DNA of 64,000 nt from Ophelia neglecta. Taxonomy: Eukaryota. This document shows, piece after piece, positions 50,185 through 64,000 of the stretch; the first letter of the stretch is position 1, and each line of letters starts with the position of its first letter. Under the pieces are notes generated by a model that was given only the letters and a program-made list of their open reading frames with translations, made no database searches and was not told the origin of the DNA. The stretch covers positions 26,970,001 through 27,034,000 of the forward strand of contig OZ260663.1 in the NCBI GenBank assembly GCA_965285935.1, given 5' to 3'. The position numbers and the translations under genes were made by a program.

Positions 50185-53100
50185 GACTTAAATCTTTTGC
50201 AGGATACTAGTGATTTAAGTAATTGTTCTTAGAAAAGTGCACTTATAAGCAAAATTGCTGTGAAGCAGAGGTCAGTCATTTGTAATAGGGCAAGTAGACA
50301 TGATGGTTAGATCATGTTTGTTTTGGAATGCTTTCTTCGATTTTATATTTGAGTATAATACCTTTTTATATAAGCACATTGAGTTAAAGGGTCCATTGAT
50401 AATTGATTTTAAAATGGCAGTGTAAAATTAACAGACCAAGTAAACATTTTTCCTGTTTTGACTGCTTTTAGATAACTATACTAATACCCTACTGCTTAGC
50501 TCATTTCCAACATGTCCCTCCGCCACTACCAGCACGTCGTATTCTCAGGTAACAACCACTGCCCACATACCACTACTCCACCTTCCCAAAGCAACCAATT
50601 CCATCGTCGCTGAGTCCTCCCATAAATCTCGAGGGGTGGATCATTCATCACTTATAAACGTCGTTTACTATTGGACACTTTCCTTTTAGAACCAGGTCTA
50701 CCTTCTTGTGTGATTGAAGGGCGGTGTACTCAGTTTTCTTATACCAGGGAGCCATACGATGGTGGACCGCGCAGTCTCATTAAAACCGTTATCATTGGTG
50801 AAAGTCTGGCCGACACTCCTTCGGGACGTGTCAGGACATCTTAGTGTGTCCATTATCACTATTGCCGGGCAAGAAGTAGCTCCTATGAATACGGTTCAAG
50901 TATTACTTAGCTAGGGAGATGGAGGGAAAAAAGGAAGTTATTGACTCAGAAATAGGCGACATTTTCGAGGAAGCGAATTAATGCGCGAATAAGAGTTGGA
51001 GCAGTTTTACCGTTAGGCAGTCGGCCAGACAGGTCAGTGTACCCGGCCCTCAAAAGCAAATCAACTAAGAAGTTGAGTCAACAATAATTACTTACTTAGA
51101 ACACCATCGTTCATGTAGGCTGAACACAAGAATTAAGATCCTTAATGGATAATTGAAAGTTAATCAGAAATGAAGAGGGAGGGTGGTTGTCATTTAATAT
51201 CTATCTTTACTCACCCGAGGAATATTACTTTTGTGGTCGTGTGTGTGTATGTATGTTTCTGTGATCCTCCTCCCGACACAGTCATTCACACGCAAATATG
51301 TATGTTATAGGTTTTTGTTAATTAAGTAAGTTCTATCATTTAAAAACATTTCAAAACTTGGTATTCAAGGTGTATAGAATTATTTGGTCTTCAGGCTGTT
51401 AAGTCCCCCGGACCCTCTTAGAGCTAGAAGACACCTGGACGGATGTACCGATGATTTGGGACCTTGGTGCGTAGTAAACTAGGATTTCTAGACCAGATCC
51501 GTAATAAACTAGGATTTCAAGACGGGTGGACGTAAAATATCAATGTTTTAAGAGCAGTGGACTCCCTCGCTGGGATAAGGGCATGAAAGATGTGCTCGGG
51601 GAACCTTCCTTTACTAGAGTACTCACTTCCATTACCTGTACATGGGTTCATATTATTAGACCACCAGAACAAATAAAATACAAGTCGTGCACATGGGACA
51701 TGGCATATAGCTCTCTTTGGTTCACCACAGTTTCTTGACAACACCCATCATATCGGACTAATCTACATGACATGATTATGGTTTCCGCCTCCACATATAT
51801 ACACTGATGACATACGTTATTGGTGAAAATCTATCTTGCTAACATACCTATACTTCCAGGTCATGTTCTTTATCGTTTCTCCTGATATATGCGGTGCATT
51901 TGCGGGGCAAAATAGTCTCTTTATGTTCATGAACCCAATAATTCTCATTTCTTCCGTTGTATCAGTAACATTGCATGACTACAGGTTCGAGCTCCAAGGG
52001 TGTATAGCCTCGCCCGTCTTGCACTGGGGGTCTAGGCGTTCCGGGCGCTCGCTTCTTTTAGACTGCCTTTTAAGTCAACCAAGCTAAAACGGCAGGATGA
52101 CCATTCATAGCGCCGTGACACCCGCTTTCGTTTCATTCTTTTTCCCTTATTAACTGTTTTGTTCAACGATCCAAGACAAGTTTTGTTGTTTGATTCTAAG
52201 AGGAACTTCAAGAGGGAATATTTAAGTAGCCATCTTTTACTATGATACAGTGTTGTCCGCAAAAGTTGGCTGTTCCCCTGCTTTGTGGAGAGAGATTGGG
52301 TCATGTGATCATATGTATTTCTTGCGAATTCATGTCACGTGATATTTCATTGTGCTTATATCAATAATCTGGTACTGAATGAGCTCTTTTCATTCCACTA
52401 AATCGTACGGGTGGTTTCCCCCAAGAAGAGCTTTGCATTGCTTTAGTTGTTCCCTGTATGATTATTTCCAAATAGCAAAATGCATGTATGGTAAAAACCT
52501 ATATCGACGCTTAATACGTCACAGATATGGCTATCCGGCCACCTAACAGGGTAATTTGAAGCCATGTCTCCGGAGAAGGAGGCCGTTCATATTTGATTGC
52601 CTAAGGCACATTTGACGTTAAACTTTGTGGAAAGTATACCCTAACGTTCCAATAGCATGAAAATCATGTGTAATAAAATCTATATAAACTGGACTCTGAA
52701 CCCATAACTATATAATATAACAGGTAGGGGGGTGGGGGGGGGAGTATGCTGCATAGCCCACGGAGGAACATGACGTTATTTTATGCCTGACTATGACTTT
52801 GATGTATCGTCCATTACACAGATTAGTCTCAATTCTGGCTTCAAATACAAAAATTTAGTTTATTATTGACAACATAAACCCATTTGCATTTTGCATTTTC
52901 CTCTATCTCAAGATACGGAATTCACTTAACCTCCTGCTTAAACTATCCCCATCTTTCTGTCCTTAATTGAAAAACAAATGGAAGAGATATAAAATCTGAT
53001 TCCCCCAAATTGTCAAATGCCATTCATGGCATTAAAAAATTGTACCACTGGTAAAAAAAAAACACTAAATACTTCTTCACTTTGGTATAAAGGGGCACGC

Positions 53101-53539
53101 ATGTTTAGCATGTTACCAAACGATGACCAGACGACGTATAACCAGAACCCAAACCACTCCTCTCATATTCTGCATGCTATATTGCGCACAGATTACAATT
53201 CCTAAGTCAAAATAGCATTCACACATATGATTAGATTGAAAGGGGTGAACTACCGGATTGCTTGGTAAAACAGGGGAAGCGTCTTTAAATCATGTAAAAG
53301 AAAGGTCAGATTTGTGATACGGCATAATCAGCTCTAGGCAATTGGTAATGTAGAATTAACGAAAAAAGTTTACACACAAGGAAATGGTACTTGTCAGGCA
53401 TACCCATTTATTTATCGTGTTGTTCCTATTCTGCATTCGCGAACGAATCGCTTGATGAGATTGAGAAAGGAAAGTCGAAGATGGTTATGTACGAATGCTA
53501 CTTCAATGTAAAGATGGAACCGATTATGTTACGTTAATT

Positions 53540-54000
53540 TCAACCAGTTCGGACGAAGCAGCCAGAGATATTATACAATAAGAACGAAGAAAAGCACCAG
53601 GCGGTGACAGTATAACTCATGAACATTAAAGTGCGGAGAGCAAGCACCCATATACTGTTTGAATTGCCTGTATTATGCAAGTCAAGCAGTTAAAGATCAT
53701 TTATATTCCTTTTAAAAGACACAAGGTAGTACGATGACTACAAGAATTATAACCGGTGTCCATCTCCTCAGTCCACATAAGTTAAAGTCATTGGAGGAGT
53801 GACACTTTGCAGATTTACATGTTAAGGTTGGGACACAAAAAACATAAACTTACCTCATCCATTATAATTTGTATGCCAACCTGGCATCTCCAGGCTGGTA
53901 AACTCTTGTTCGGTCAAAGAGATTGACTTACTGGTTTGAACGAAACTCAAGGGGATGTTGTGGAATACTTTCAATCCTGGAATAACCTACGAGCTTATTT
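53540..54000 (+). mobile_element. Decayed LINE RT fragment
   Basis: RKAPGGDSITHEH, then IYIPFK, DYKNY, PVSI and KLKGMLW across frameshifts. Confidence 0.5.
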
Positions 54001-56099
54001 GCATCACCTTAGGACTGGGAAAATTCTGGAGACACCCAAAGTGTTAGTGGGATCGTATACATATGAGGAAAAACCGAGTTATTCTGAAGGGACATAAATT
54101 TGACATGTTATCAGTCATATTATCTACTAGGCCAGATCGGTGCGGTTAACGAATGTGTATGGTTCATAGGCGTTGATCGGTGATGAATTTTGGGGATGCG
54201 CCACCCAAGGAGAGGAGAAGACATAGTGCTGCTCTCTCTGCCCTCTCGATATTTGCGGAAAATTAGCAACAGATATGTGAATATGTATTTTATCCCAACA
54301 AAATCATATGTTATGGTTTCATAAAATGTTGACACAATAAAATAACTAGTGAATGGCAACTCTCTAACAGTATTTGCTAGCTGAAGAACTCTGGCATATT
54401 TGCGTTTTTCTTTTTCTTTCTTTAATATCGGACGAAGGAAGCCTTGCAATCACAAAAAAATGCAAGCAATCATTTTGGTGAAAATTGGGAGTAGGTTGGA
54501 TAACAAACAATGCTCTTTTCCAATCTGTGTTTATAGCTGGTTATTAGCAGTGCAATAAATGGCTGTGAATGATGGAACTCGGTATCAAAGGAAAAATCAA
54601 AAGAAAATAGAGACAAAAAGGTTCAGATTTCACTCTAGAAGAAGAACAGAGTAACAAAAATGTCTTTGGGTTATTCTCGGACGCTTTAATGATTCATTTA
54701 ACGATAGTGTCCATTCTTTGGGATTTTGCATGCTCTAAAGAAATGTGTAATGCCAGTCATATTCATGTTGCAAATAATCGACCATATGGAGCTATGCGAC
54801 GCTTAGAGTATATTCTTGGATAAGCCTTGGCCAATTCTCGGTCCATATTGGGGTAACTTTTTTCCGGGTGTAATGACAAGGAGTTCATGCAGACTGTTCT
54901 GGGTATGGGGCCAGGTAGACGAGGAACGGAATTTTTTATTTTTTGAGAAAAAAGCATACTGTGCAGTTGTATTCCCCATGAAACAACATCTGCTATGTAA
55001 AAAATGATATTTCACGGCTATAAGTAGCTTTAAATTTCTCTTAATGTTGGTTTTAGTATTGCCCTTGTAGTGCTGAAATCCTCGATATTCACTTCATATG
55101 CAAGTGTGGTAAAAACGCACAACGTATTTCATATGTGCCTCGATCTTCCCTTGAATTGCTATATCTTCCCTTGCCTATGGGAAAATAAGACCATCCTCTA
55201 GCAGATACGAATGTGGTATCATTTACTTACCCGCTTCCTTGATCGCACGTCTTTTAATAAAACATAAATTGTCTGTCCAATCCGTGCTCTAAATTTTTTG
55301 ATTTACAAAATAGAGAGTAGCAGCTTAGGGGCCTCCCTAAGTGTGTCTGCCAATATAGGCTCTGTTGTCTGAAGCATTATAGGTGCTGTTCGCAATAGTC
55401 TAGTACTACCTTATCGGAATATGTAAAGACATCGTGGTAAGGAAGCTGATAACATTCTTTATGAGAAGCATGTATAGTTAAAGATTGGACAATTTAATTG
55501 TATGTCGGCACCTTTCCGAATGTATTTCGGTTTGGTTTTAATCTTTTTAATTTGAATGAGATTGTTGGAAATATTGATATTAATTATGGAAAATGAATTA
55601 ATCTTTATAACACCTGTCTCAATGTCAATGTCAAATTACTCATCTTTGCATAAAAAAGAATTGAACTTAAACTTTCTCGATTTTCGCATCTAGGCAGAAT
55701 ATGCCTTTAAACTCAACACTAGACATCATGGTCCAGAAAGCAGAATCATGGAAATTACAGGAGCAAATTGAATGAGCAGCCAAGCGAGAGGCTTGGATTA
55801 GAGAATGCCTTCTGCTTTTATGGTCAAAGGACCAGTTTTTGTTCCTAAAACGCCAGTTGAAGGGGAAATGGTGATGATTAGAGCTAGGAGAAATGCCATT
55901 TCCATTTACATCCTCGTGTGGTAGGTGTGCATGATGGAGGATTACATCCTAGCTGATGTGACAAACATGTAAGAAGAGGTTGATTTCCGTAAATAATATC
56001 CGAACAAATGTAATTATCTCCGCAATCCACTTAGAAAACACCTGCACATGATTTGCATGAAGATGCCCTTTATCAAATAGCATAAAGCCTGTGTTGGTT

Positions 56100-56450
56100 C
56101 ATATAGTATTCCTTCTTCCATCCATCTACAAAAATCACATCAAAGCCATGAAGAACATATAGTTCTCTTGGGTTCTAAGCAGCATTGCAAGATATCTATA
56201 GAATATTAACCTCTATTAGTGGAACTGTATTACTAGTACAAAATAAATAACTAAATGTGCGAGTATTACATTGATGAAGATGGCAAATAGACTGGGAGGC
56301 GATAACCCTAATTCGTGATTAAATTGTGGCTTATGCACGAAGCGCTCTTTGGCAGTGCAATGAAAACAAGGAAACAATGTATTGTGTAATCGCCCAGAAA
56401 CGAACCCGGCAGAGCATGACTCGTGTATTACAAAAATAAAACTCCGATAC
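56100..56450 (-). mobile_element. Possible decayed LINE RT fragment
   Basis: GLSPPSLFAIFINV resembles the RT motif G..LSP.LF.IFIND. Confidence 0.3.
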
Positions 56451-58560
56451 CAATATATTCTAACGAGAACTGCTGTAGTGGCAAGATTTACTTCCATTTG
56501 ATAAGTGATCATGTTGTCGGTCTAAAGCCAGAAGTGGCTATCAAAAAATGCACACTTTTATTGGTTAATCACTATAAGCACCAGGAGAGCTGAGTTTTTA
56601 TTGACTGCTATGCAAGTAACTGTAGCTGTTATGATTGCCGAGTTATTACCATGTGTCATTAGGGGACATTATGAATACGTCGTGATTTCGATTAGCCAAA
56701 AGGTTCTTTTTTGGATTTTCCTTATAATATACCTACAACTAGGCAGGGTGCCATAAGGAGCAAAGAGCAGATAACTTAATTTGCCTTTCTTCCTGTCGGC
56801 GAAACCTCAATAAACACCACAACGAATAAGGTGCTAAGTAAAGATAGCCCCTTAGGTTTTCTTCAATAGACCCATTTACAAAATGTCGACATGACCGTTA
56901 TTTTAGTCTGCATTTCCGTTTAAAGGATCAGTAAGCAATTTTGAACAGCCAAGTGACTATATTCCCATTTTGCTTTCCATGTTGAGTTTCCTTTCTGTCT
57001 GTCGCGTTTCATTTTTTGTTACATTGCGCATTATCGGCACTGTTCCAAGGAACTAGCTGAAAGGTCAAGCTCAAAATGAGAGAGATGGTTAATTGTTAAA
57101 AGGCTTATCATATGGGCTGCCAAAAAATCATTATTCGCAAAACGGGCTACAAGCTGGCCAGAAAATGCTTTGGGTTTACCCGATGCGGGCGTACTAGATA
57201 CGTTCTCGAAACAATTGGGTAAAATGGAGTTCTCAGAAGGACCAACAGCTCACTGACACACGCTGATAGTAGAGCAGGTTCAATGACAAAGGTTGAACGT
57301 TTATTTTGAATGAGTGTCGGCAGAGATCGCTGTCCAGAGCCAAGGCGGCACGGATATTTCCCACTAATGAAGAAAACATTTTCTTAGGATGCTTTTCAAA
57401 ACGTTATTATTCAAATATGTTGCATGCTTGATGTTGTCACATGGCTGTAGGTCTGAGAGCTGTAGTTTTAAGGCTTTGTTTAAAAAATGAAAACAGAGTC
57501 TAGATTTTGTTGTGTATACATGACTCATATTAATGTTTAAGTAAATCGCGTGGTAGTCTGAATAAATGTAGCCAAAGAGTGCCAAAATGCTTTATTAACT
57601 ATTATGCTTCTGAATTTTTTATACTTCTGTATGTTTGGCCCTGCCGGTGACTAATTGAGCTTCTAATTTCAGTATCCCATGTGTAAACTTCATTATGCCT
57701 TAGGTTGTCTGATGAGTCACTCACTTAAATTTTACTATCTTTGTAATAAAGTTTATAACAAAGGCTGGTGACAACAGAGCTTCATTTTCAACAAAATTTT
57801 GTACTAACACAACTTGTATCATTCTGATCAATGCACAGTACACGGAATGATGCCGATTTTTTTATCTTTGTTTCTTTCATCTGTATTTAGGCACCACAGT
57901 TCATTTTCAATTACTGGCCGGTTCTTGTTAGTCGACTCCTCCTACTCAAGATTTGGTCTCATCCTAATGGTACGAACCTTATAGTTTGATGATACCACCG
58001 ACCTGTTACAATTTTTGATTGTAAAGGATAAGAAATTGTCACAGTTTGCACATCTTTTGATAAAGAAGTACAGTTGCTAACACTTGAGGTGACTTCTGCA
58101 CGAAAAGAGAAAAAGCATTAAAGCATTATTTGATCCAGAAAACAGGACATGTATAGAGAAGTAAATGACCGCTGAAACAGAATCATATGTAGACGGCTTT
58201 GGCCTTAAAAACACAAGGCAGAATTCACTATAAAACTGAACCGTGTCAGGATGACAAATTGTGTAATGAACTCAGTCTGTCGTTGGTATCCAAATCCCCA
58301 AAATGTCCCATGCATGGATCATCAGTGGAGCTGACTTTTGTTGGAATACCAATATTATTATTATTGGAAAAATGTTTACCAATTATTAGATGGGTGTGTT
58401 TAGGTTTATTCGTTGTGACTTCCAACCAAACAGGATAATGATAAGTTCATATTGTTTAGTGGTGAGTGACTTATTTACCTTCTTTCTCAAGTGTATATAC
58501 AAAATAGCTTTATTAGGATAGACATGAATTTAAGCGGTATTTTGATTCACAGCGTACATA

Positions 58561-58752
58561 CAGCTAGACCGATCTGACATCCACTTACCATGCTGCCTAC
58601 ACTGTCAGTTTAGGATAAATATAAAATCACGTGACCATTGTGTTTTGAACTACAGGCAGCTAGACCGATCTGACATCCACTTACCATGCTGCCTACACTG
58701 TCAGTTTAGGATAAATATAAAATCACGTGACCATTGTGTTTTGAACTACAGG
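58561..58752. repeat. Perfect 96-bp tandem duplication
   Basis: 58561-58656 is identical to 58657-58752 by direct reading. Confidence 0.95.
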
Positions 58753-59499
58753 CTCCACCCCTAGCTGCCAATCACTTTCCAATCTTAGTGGTTTCTACAA
58801 ATTTTGAATTCATTTTACAATTTTGTGTAATAATGACTCTGTAAAGTCTCCCACTGGAATGATAAGCAGATACTTTATGAATATTTGGGCTGAAAATCAT
58901 ACTTTGGAAATCTGACATTCGTGATATCTTAAACCGAAGCCAGGTATCTGACATTTGAGTTGTCCATTTAAACCGTGGCTTGGCTCTGAGCAGCCTCAGT
59001 CATCCATCTTGGGCTTTATTTATAGTCGCACTGTAACCTTTAAGCTTGACAGGTGCTGAAAGATCGCCTATAGAAAGAACTGATGACAACTCCTGAGAGC
59101 TGGACGATAATGACCCCGCAATTCTTAAAGACATACGAAAACATGCTGCCGGAAAGAAATTAGAAATACTCTCGGTAAAGGTAGTAAGGAAAATATTAAA
59201 TAGCTACAAAATTATCGTTCCTGCAAAGCAGGCAGATAAGGCACTGACTGGTGACTTCTTGCCAAATATATTTTCTTGCCAATATACACCGGGCCAAGTT
59301 GGCGATAAATCAGTGTGGAAGGAATCTGAGATCCCCTTGCTAGGCCAACTAGGATCAACTAGTTGGCCAAATAGACAGACGTTAACTGCAATGTAAGAGA
59401 AATCAGACTCACTGCGAAACTAACAGAGCCCGTGAAGACACTCGCAGTAAAATCCGGCGCCGCACTTTTCAATAATTATGTGACCCTTTTGCCCATCAC

Positions 59500-61580
59500 T
59501 ATGGATATAACGGATAAAATCGTATTTAATTTACTAATCTGAAGGGGTTTGAGAGACAACGTGAAAAGAAGAACAAAATTCATGCGGTTAAACAAGTTTC
59601 ATGATAAGGTGTGCCTATTCCAAGCGAAGCATGCTGATAAAAAAAACAGGTTGATAAAAGGTTGGGTTAATGATATATTGTTTTAACATTCATTTGGACA
59701 ACAGCAGCAAATGGGTTGTCCTAATGTTTTCCAATGGTTTAGAGTTTCAAATCCAAAAAACCATCAGAGATGATCAAAGTAGATTTATTCCAATAAACTA
59801 CCAAGAGGATAAATGCTGATAAGACTGTAGAAAACGTTGATAAAAGATTGGGGTAATGATATATTAGTTTAACAACAGCACAAAAGGGGTTGCCCTAATG
59901 TTTTCCAATGGTTTAGAGTTTCAAATCCAAAAAACCATCAGAGATGATCATGTAGATTTATTCAACATAGGAACAACAAGGGAGGTGATCCTCACATAAG
60001 ATCAATGGGGCGCACTAGCTTTGAAGATTTTTTAACAGCAAATGCTTATCGACATTTAGCGAATAAGAGATCCAGCCACTCAAAGGTATGCAGGGAGAGA
60101 GAACGTACGTCTCATACCAAGTAGGCAAGATATGTGGTTAGTCTCCGCAGACCTTTTGTATAATGTCGAAACTGGTGACATCCATCGAGCTATATGTACA
60201 GCACACATCCTTAATAGCATGAAGGTTAGCTTAGTTACAAGTCAAAAATGGGGACTTGGGCTTTGAAAAATTAACAGCCGCCTTTTAGATGACCCACTTT
60301 ATTTAGCACAGGGATGTAGTCACATCATTTGAGTCGGAAGCCACGGAGTATTCGCATAGTAGAATTACTTGAAACTATCTGTTATGCGCATGAGACGATA
60401 CATAATGTAGCGTCCGTAGAATAATTATTTGATGAAGACAAAGAATCACCGAGCCAACGTTATGTTGCGTAAATAAGATATTTAAGCATTCAAGACAAAA
60501 GGCGCAATAAATAGGGCTATGGTTCAAGAAATGGAAGACGGAGAAAAAACTGATCTTTTCTGAGACTCTGAGACATTCTTGCTGGTGAAAGATCGTTTAA
60601 TAAAAATCTTTATCGCCAAAGAGGTTCAGAGGATATCAAGATAAATGGAGACTATGAATTTCTGGACAATCAAACACTTTTATCTGAAACAGACCATAAG
60701 AAGGATTCGAACTATATTCTGGCTTAACGGGTAATAAAGACAAAACCTTTTCAATAGACCTATTCATCCTTAGCTAGTGCAGCAGGTAATAGTCAACCAG
60801 TAGGGTATGGGTAAAACTGGAGTTATTTCAAAACGCTGAGAACATCGTTTGGGCTAAAGCGGGTGGTAAACCTTAATTTGAATTATAAAGAAAGGCTGGG
60901 GAAACCACTGACCATGTGGAGGCAAAGAGAACTCACACTATGGGGAAAAATTGCTTTCATTATCCGTAGAATTACCTTTTTACTTGAGTACATTGAACTG
61001 TGATGTTTATAGCGGAGACATTTCCAAAGAAAATAGAATAGGTTCTGTTCCAATTTCTGTGGCGGGGAAAGTGGTCTAAAATGAGGCGATCGACTGTTAT
61101 AGCAAATATAATATCGAAGACGGTGGGTTTAACACGCCCGACATATATTCAAAAGGAAAGCTGGAAAGCTTTCTAGTTTTGAAACGCTTTGTGATGATAG
61201 GATGTCTCAAAATCACTAGGCTGGGAAATGTAAAGGATATCTCAATTTTAGTTGTCATGTAATGTGGATGATTCTGAGATACTAGGCCAAATGAAGTATC
61301 ATTTTATAAACAAATGATACAGTGTTTGAAAAACAAGTCGCAACAAACGAATTACTCACGTGGTAAGAAAATAAATTTATCTCTTGATATTAAAAAGTGT
61401 ATAATTATTTCTCTGAATTACATTCCAAACAACCCTACCGTTAAAATACACTTTGTTATATACGTTCTGTGTTAACACCTATATCCAGGAAACACAAGAT
61501 GAGCCAAAACCAAAATAAACAAAAAAGGCAAACATTAACTCTTTGGGAATCAAACCATATGGCTTAGACAAATTAATTGC
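59500..61580 (+). mobile_element. Decayed Tx1/L1-clade ORF2 with an internal duplication and apparent loss of the RT core
   Basis: RGLRDNVKRR..F, NSTKGVALMF, SRQDMWLVS, GL*KINSRLLDD, then WRQRELTLWGKI and FLWRGKWSK..R...DGGFNTPD. Imperfect duplication ~59650-59790 / ~59836-59963. Confidence 0.8.
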
Positions 61581-61599
61581 AAACATTATTCCTGATTAC

Positions 61600-62300
61600 T
61601 TAATTGTCTCCAAATAATTGATAACAATGGCCCTGGAAATATTTGCAGCACTACGGTTTGATATGACCACATTTATCTTCGTGCATGATCGCACTTACAA
61701 CATTCTTATTCCTGAAAAAAAATCTCTTGGGAATCAAAATCGTCAAACACCTTCGTTGTGAACAAGAGAACTGACCCTTCAGCGCATCAAGAACGAAATT
61801 TCGAATATTACCCAAGAGCAACATATAAAATGCAGCAGTAATGCAATCAAGTCCTGGGCATGCATATGCAATTCTCCATTGTTTTCACAGCTTGACAACA
61901 TTCTGAATTAGTCAATAGTCCTTCTTTGGATATTTCTGCTTGATATCATAACATGCTTCAGTTCTTTTGTCCAAAACGGATTTAACGTTGTATAGGAGGT
62001 ATACCTAGGCACAGTTGAAATTACCTTTCTTGTATACACAAATTTATTTTCTTTAAACAATTTAATTGCTTGTTCAGCAGTCCCAAATACACCGATGTTT
62101 TGTTGCTTTGCAGCTTCACCATCTAAGGAAAGTTCTGTAAAAATGTCTACCCTCAAAATCGTTTTTAGCGACATGCAATGTAATGCCCTGTACATTAATG
62201 CTGGTAGTGTTGCTTCTTTTCTTGTAAATAGTATAGTCACTTAGCTCTCCATTGTTCACATCCGAGTGACAACGCTCATGTTTTCGACGTGACTGAACAC
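61600..62300 (-). mobile_element. Possible decayed LINE ORF2 fragment (linker to RT start)
   Basis: NPFWTKELK linker-like motif followed by CPGLDCITA (RT domain 0-like). Confidence 0.4.
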
Positions 62301-64000
62301 AATGCAGGAGTAATGAAAGCATTGAACTCCCAAAAGAGCGGTGGCACTCACATTTTCAAGCCCAGGTTTATTTTTGGCATTAATTATTTTTTTTAAACAC
62401 AATACGCAATCTCTTCTTTAGAAATTTTACCCCGTACTTTGCATTCAAACTTTCCCATGGATCAGAATTCCCCATCTTAGCTTAATTCTCTTTCATTCTA
62501 ATATCTTGTAATTTATAAACGGTGCAATAGCTATGGAGATTTGCTGCCTAAGAACAAAATATTGTTCTCACCATAGTGGCTACATTGCACTCCTAAACGG
62601 TCAAATACTGTAGACACGCACTTAGGAGTCTAAATGTCAATGACCAGCGTATGCAGGCAAAGAAAACCTACAAGAGTCTGCCCTTCACAAATGTGCAAAT
62701 CTGTGTCCTTTCTGTTCGCTTTCATACAAGAATCCATATCTTTAAATTTTAGGTGCATGTCACAACAATGGCGGAATAAGCCTCTGATAGGACAATTAAT
62801 GAAGTCCCCGTGCTGCTTCCATTTCGTAACTTCGATGCGTCGGAGAAAAGAGCACTTAGTTCAATTGAGGCTATACGATAGATACGTCATTTGTCATAGT
62901 TAAATAACTATATAGCCACTGCTTAGCGACAAATGAAGATACAATCTTATCAGTGTCCATATAGAAGGCTACAACAATGGTGATGATACTGAGCGGCCAT
63001 TTTATTATACTGACAACACTTATCGACTAAGCGGCGTAGATGGTTCCCATGCTAACATATTTGATAATTCGCAGAAGCATTGCCGGCCATTACTGTTAAA
63101 TAAAGCATGCATCTTTACTCTAAGCGTGGTATAACAACCCTTTGGAAAATTGTCCCAAGAAATTTGCTATTTTTATCTTATGACATGTTGAACAAACTGC
63201 AGATTTTGGCAAATTGTATTTACGTGCAGTTATGTGCACATATAAACAGTTCACCATCACTTGGGCCATTGTTTCTGCAACGAAAATAATCTGCTGTCTA
63301 AACCATGCCGAGCAAAGAATGTAACCATGATATACTGATATGGGCTGTAGCCCCATTTATGTGCGTAACGCTGTTAAGCTCCAAATCTATGTCCTGAATA
63401 TAGACTTTTCACAAAGATCTGACATGGCAGTGTGAGACAGCGGGAAAGGCAAACATATCCTCCTGATGGGTTTAAATCGCTGGAAGAACATGTTGATAAT
63501 GAAAACTATGATGGTTTATTGTTACTTCAAAACATTGTACATCGATGTCATTGATTTTTATTATATACAAAATAATAGATTGACTAATAAAGAAAATGGT
63601 ATAACATGATTAATGACGTGAGAGACAACTAAGGTAATGAAGCTTAAATCTTATAGCGTATGTAATTAACAAGTTGTACTACAACGTTGCGAGACATGCA
63701 AATAACTTGACTTTTTACGGTAGTGAAATTTGATGTATGAGCGCTATCCAGCTGAGGACCGCGAGGACGTATGGGACACGTGCGCTGATAATTTGCACAT
63801 AAACAAGAACCGCTCAACAAGCATTCGACCTTTTTGGGGCGTTGCTGCGCCGAGCCGCGTCCTTGGGTTTAAAGGCGGAGCGATAGCTTCAAGCGCACAC
63901 CATTTATATGAGTTCGCTTCATCTTTAGCAGATAAGAATTATTGTCCGATACGATTGTATCTACAATCTGCCGGTGTGGAATCGAGGTTGAAGTTTTAAT

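Noticed and set aside
51205-51520. Helentron/DINE-like start with a GT/GTAT microsatellite
   Set aside because: Subterminal inverted repeats and the 3' hairpin could not be defined.

Overview
AT-rich eukaryotic (animal, probably lophotrochozoan-type marine invertebrate) genomic DNA. No prokaryotic features, CRISPR arrays or rRNA/tRNA genes are evident. Two host genes are supported, both on the minus strand: (1) a rhodopsin-family peptide-receptor-like GPCR with an intronless CDS (10613-11767), and (2) a six-exon calmodulin-like EF-hand gene (28060-31117, 226 aa) reconstructed by hand from splice sites. The latter keeps calmodulin exon sizes but adds a 77-aa N-terminal exon. The rest is mostly transposon material: a young 5'-truncated CR1/L2-group LINE (1990-7273), two Tx1/L1 relics, several decayed RT relics, a DIRS relic with its methyltransferase and tyrosine recombinase, an Academ-type XPG/Cys-rich fragment, a 9-bp-TSD MITE family with telomere-like motifs (2 copies), a TA-TSD MITE, a 27-bp minisatellite and a perfect 96-bp tandem duplication. 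The most interesting signal is at the LINE ORF1/ORF2 junction: ORF2 has no start codon and begins in frame directly after the ORF1 stop, in a leaky context (TAG CGG TTA), suggesting ORF1-ORF2 fusion by stop-codon readthrough. Boundaries of decayed elements are approximate, and family calls come from motif recognition, not database searches.
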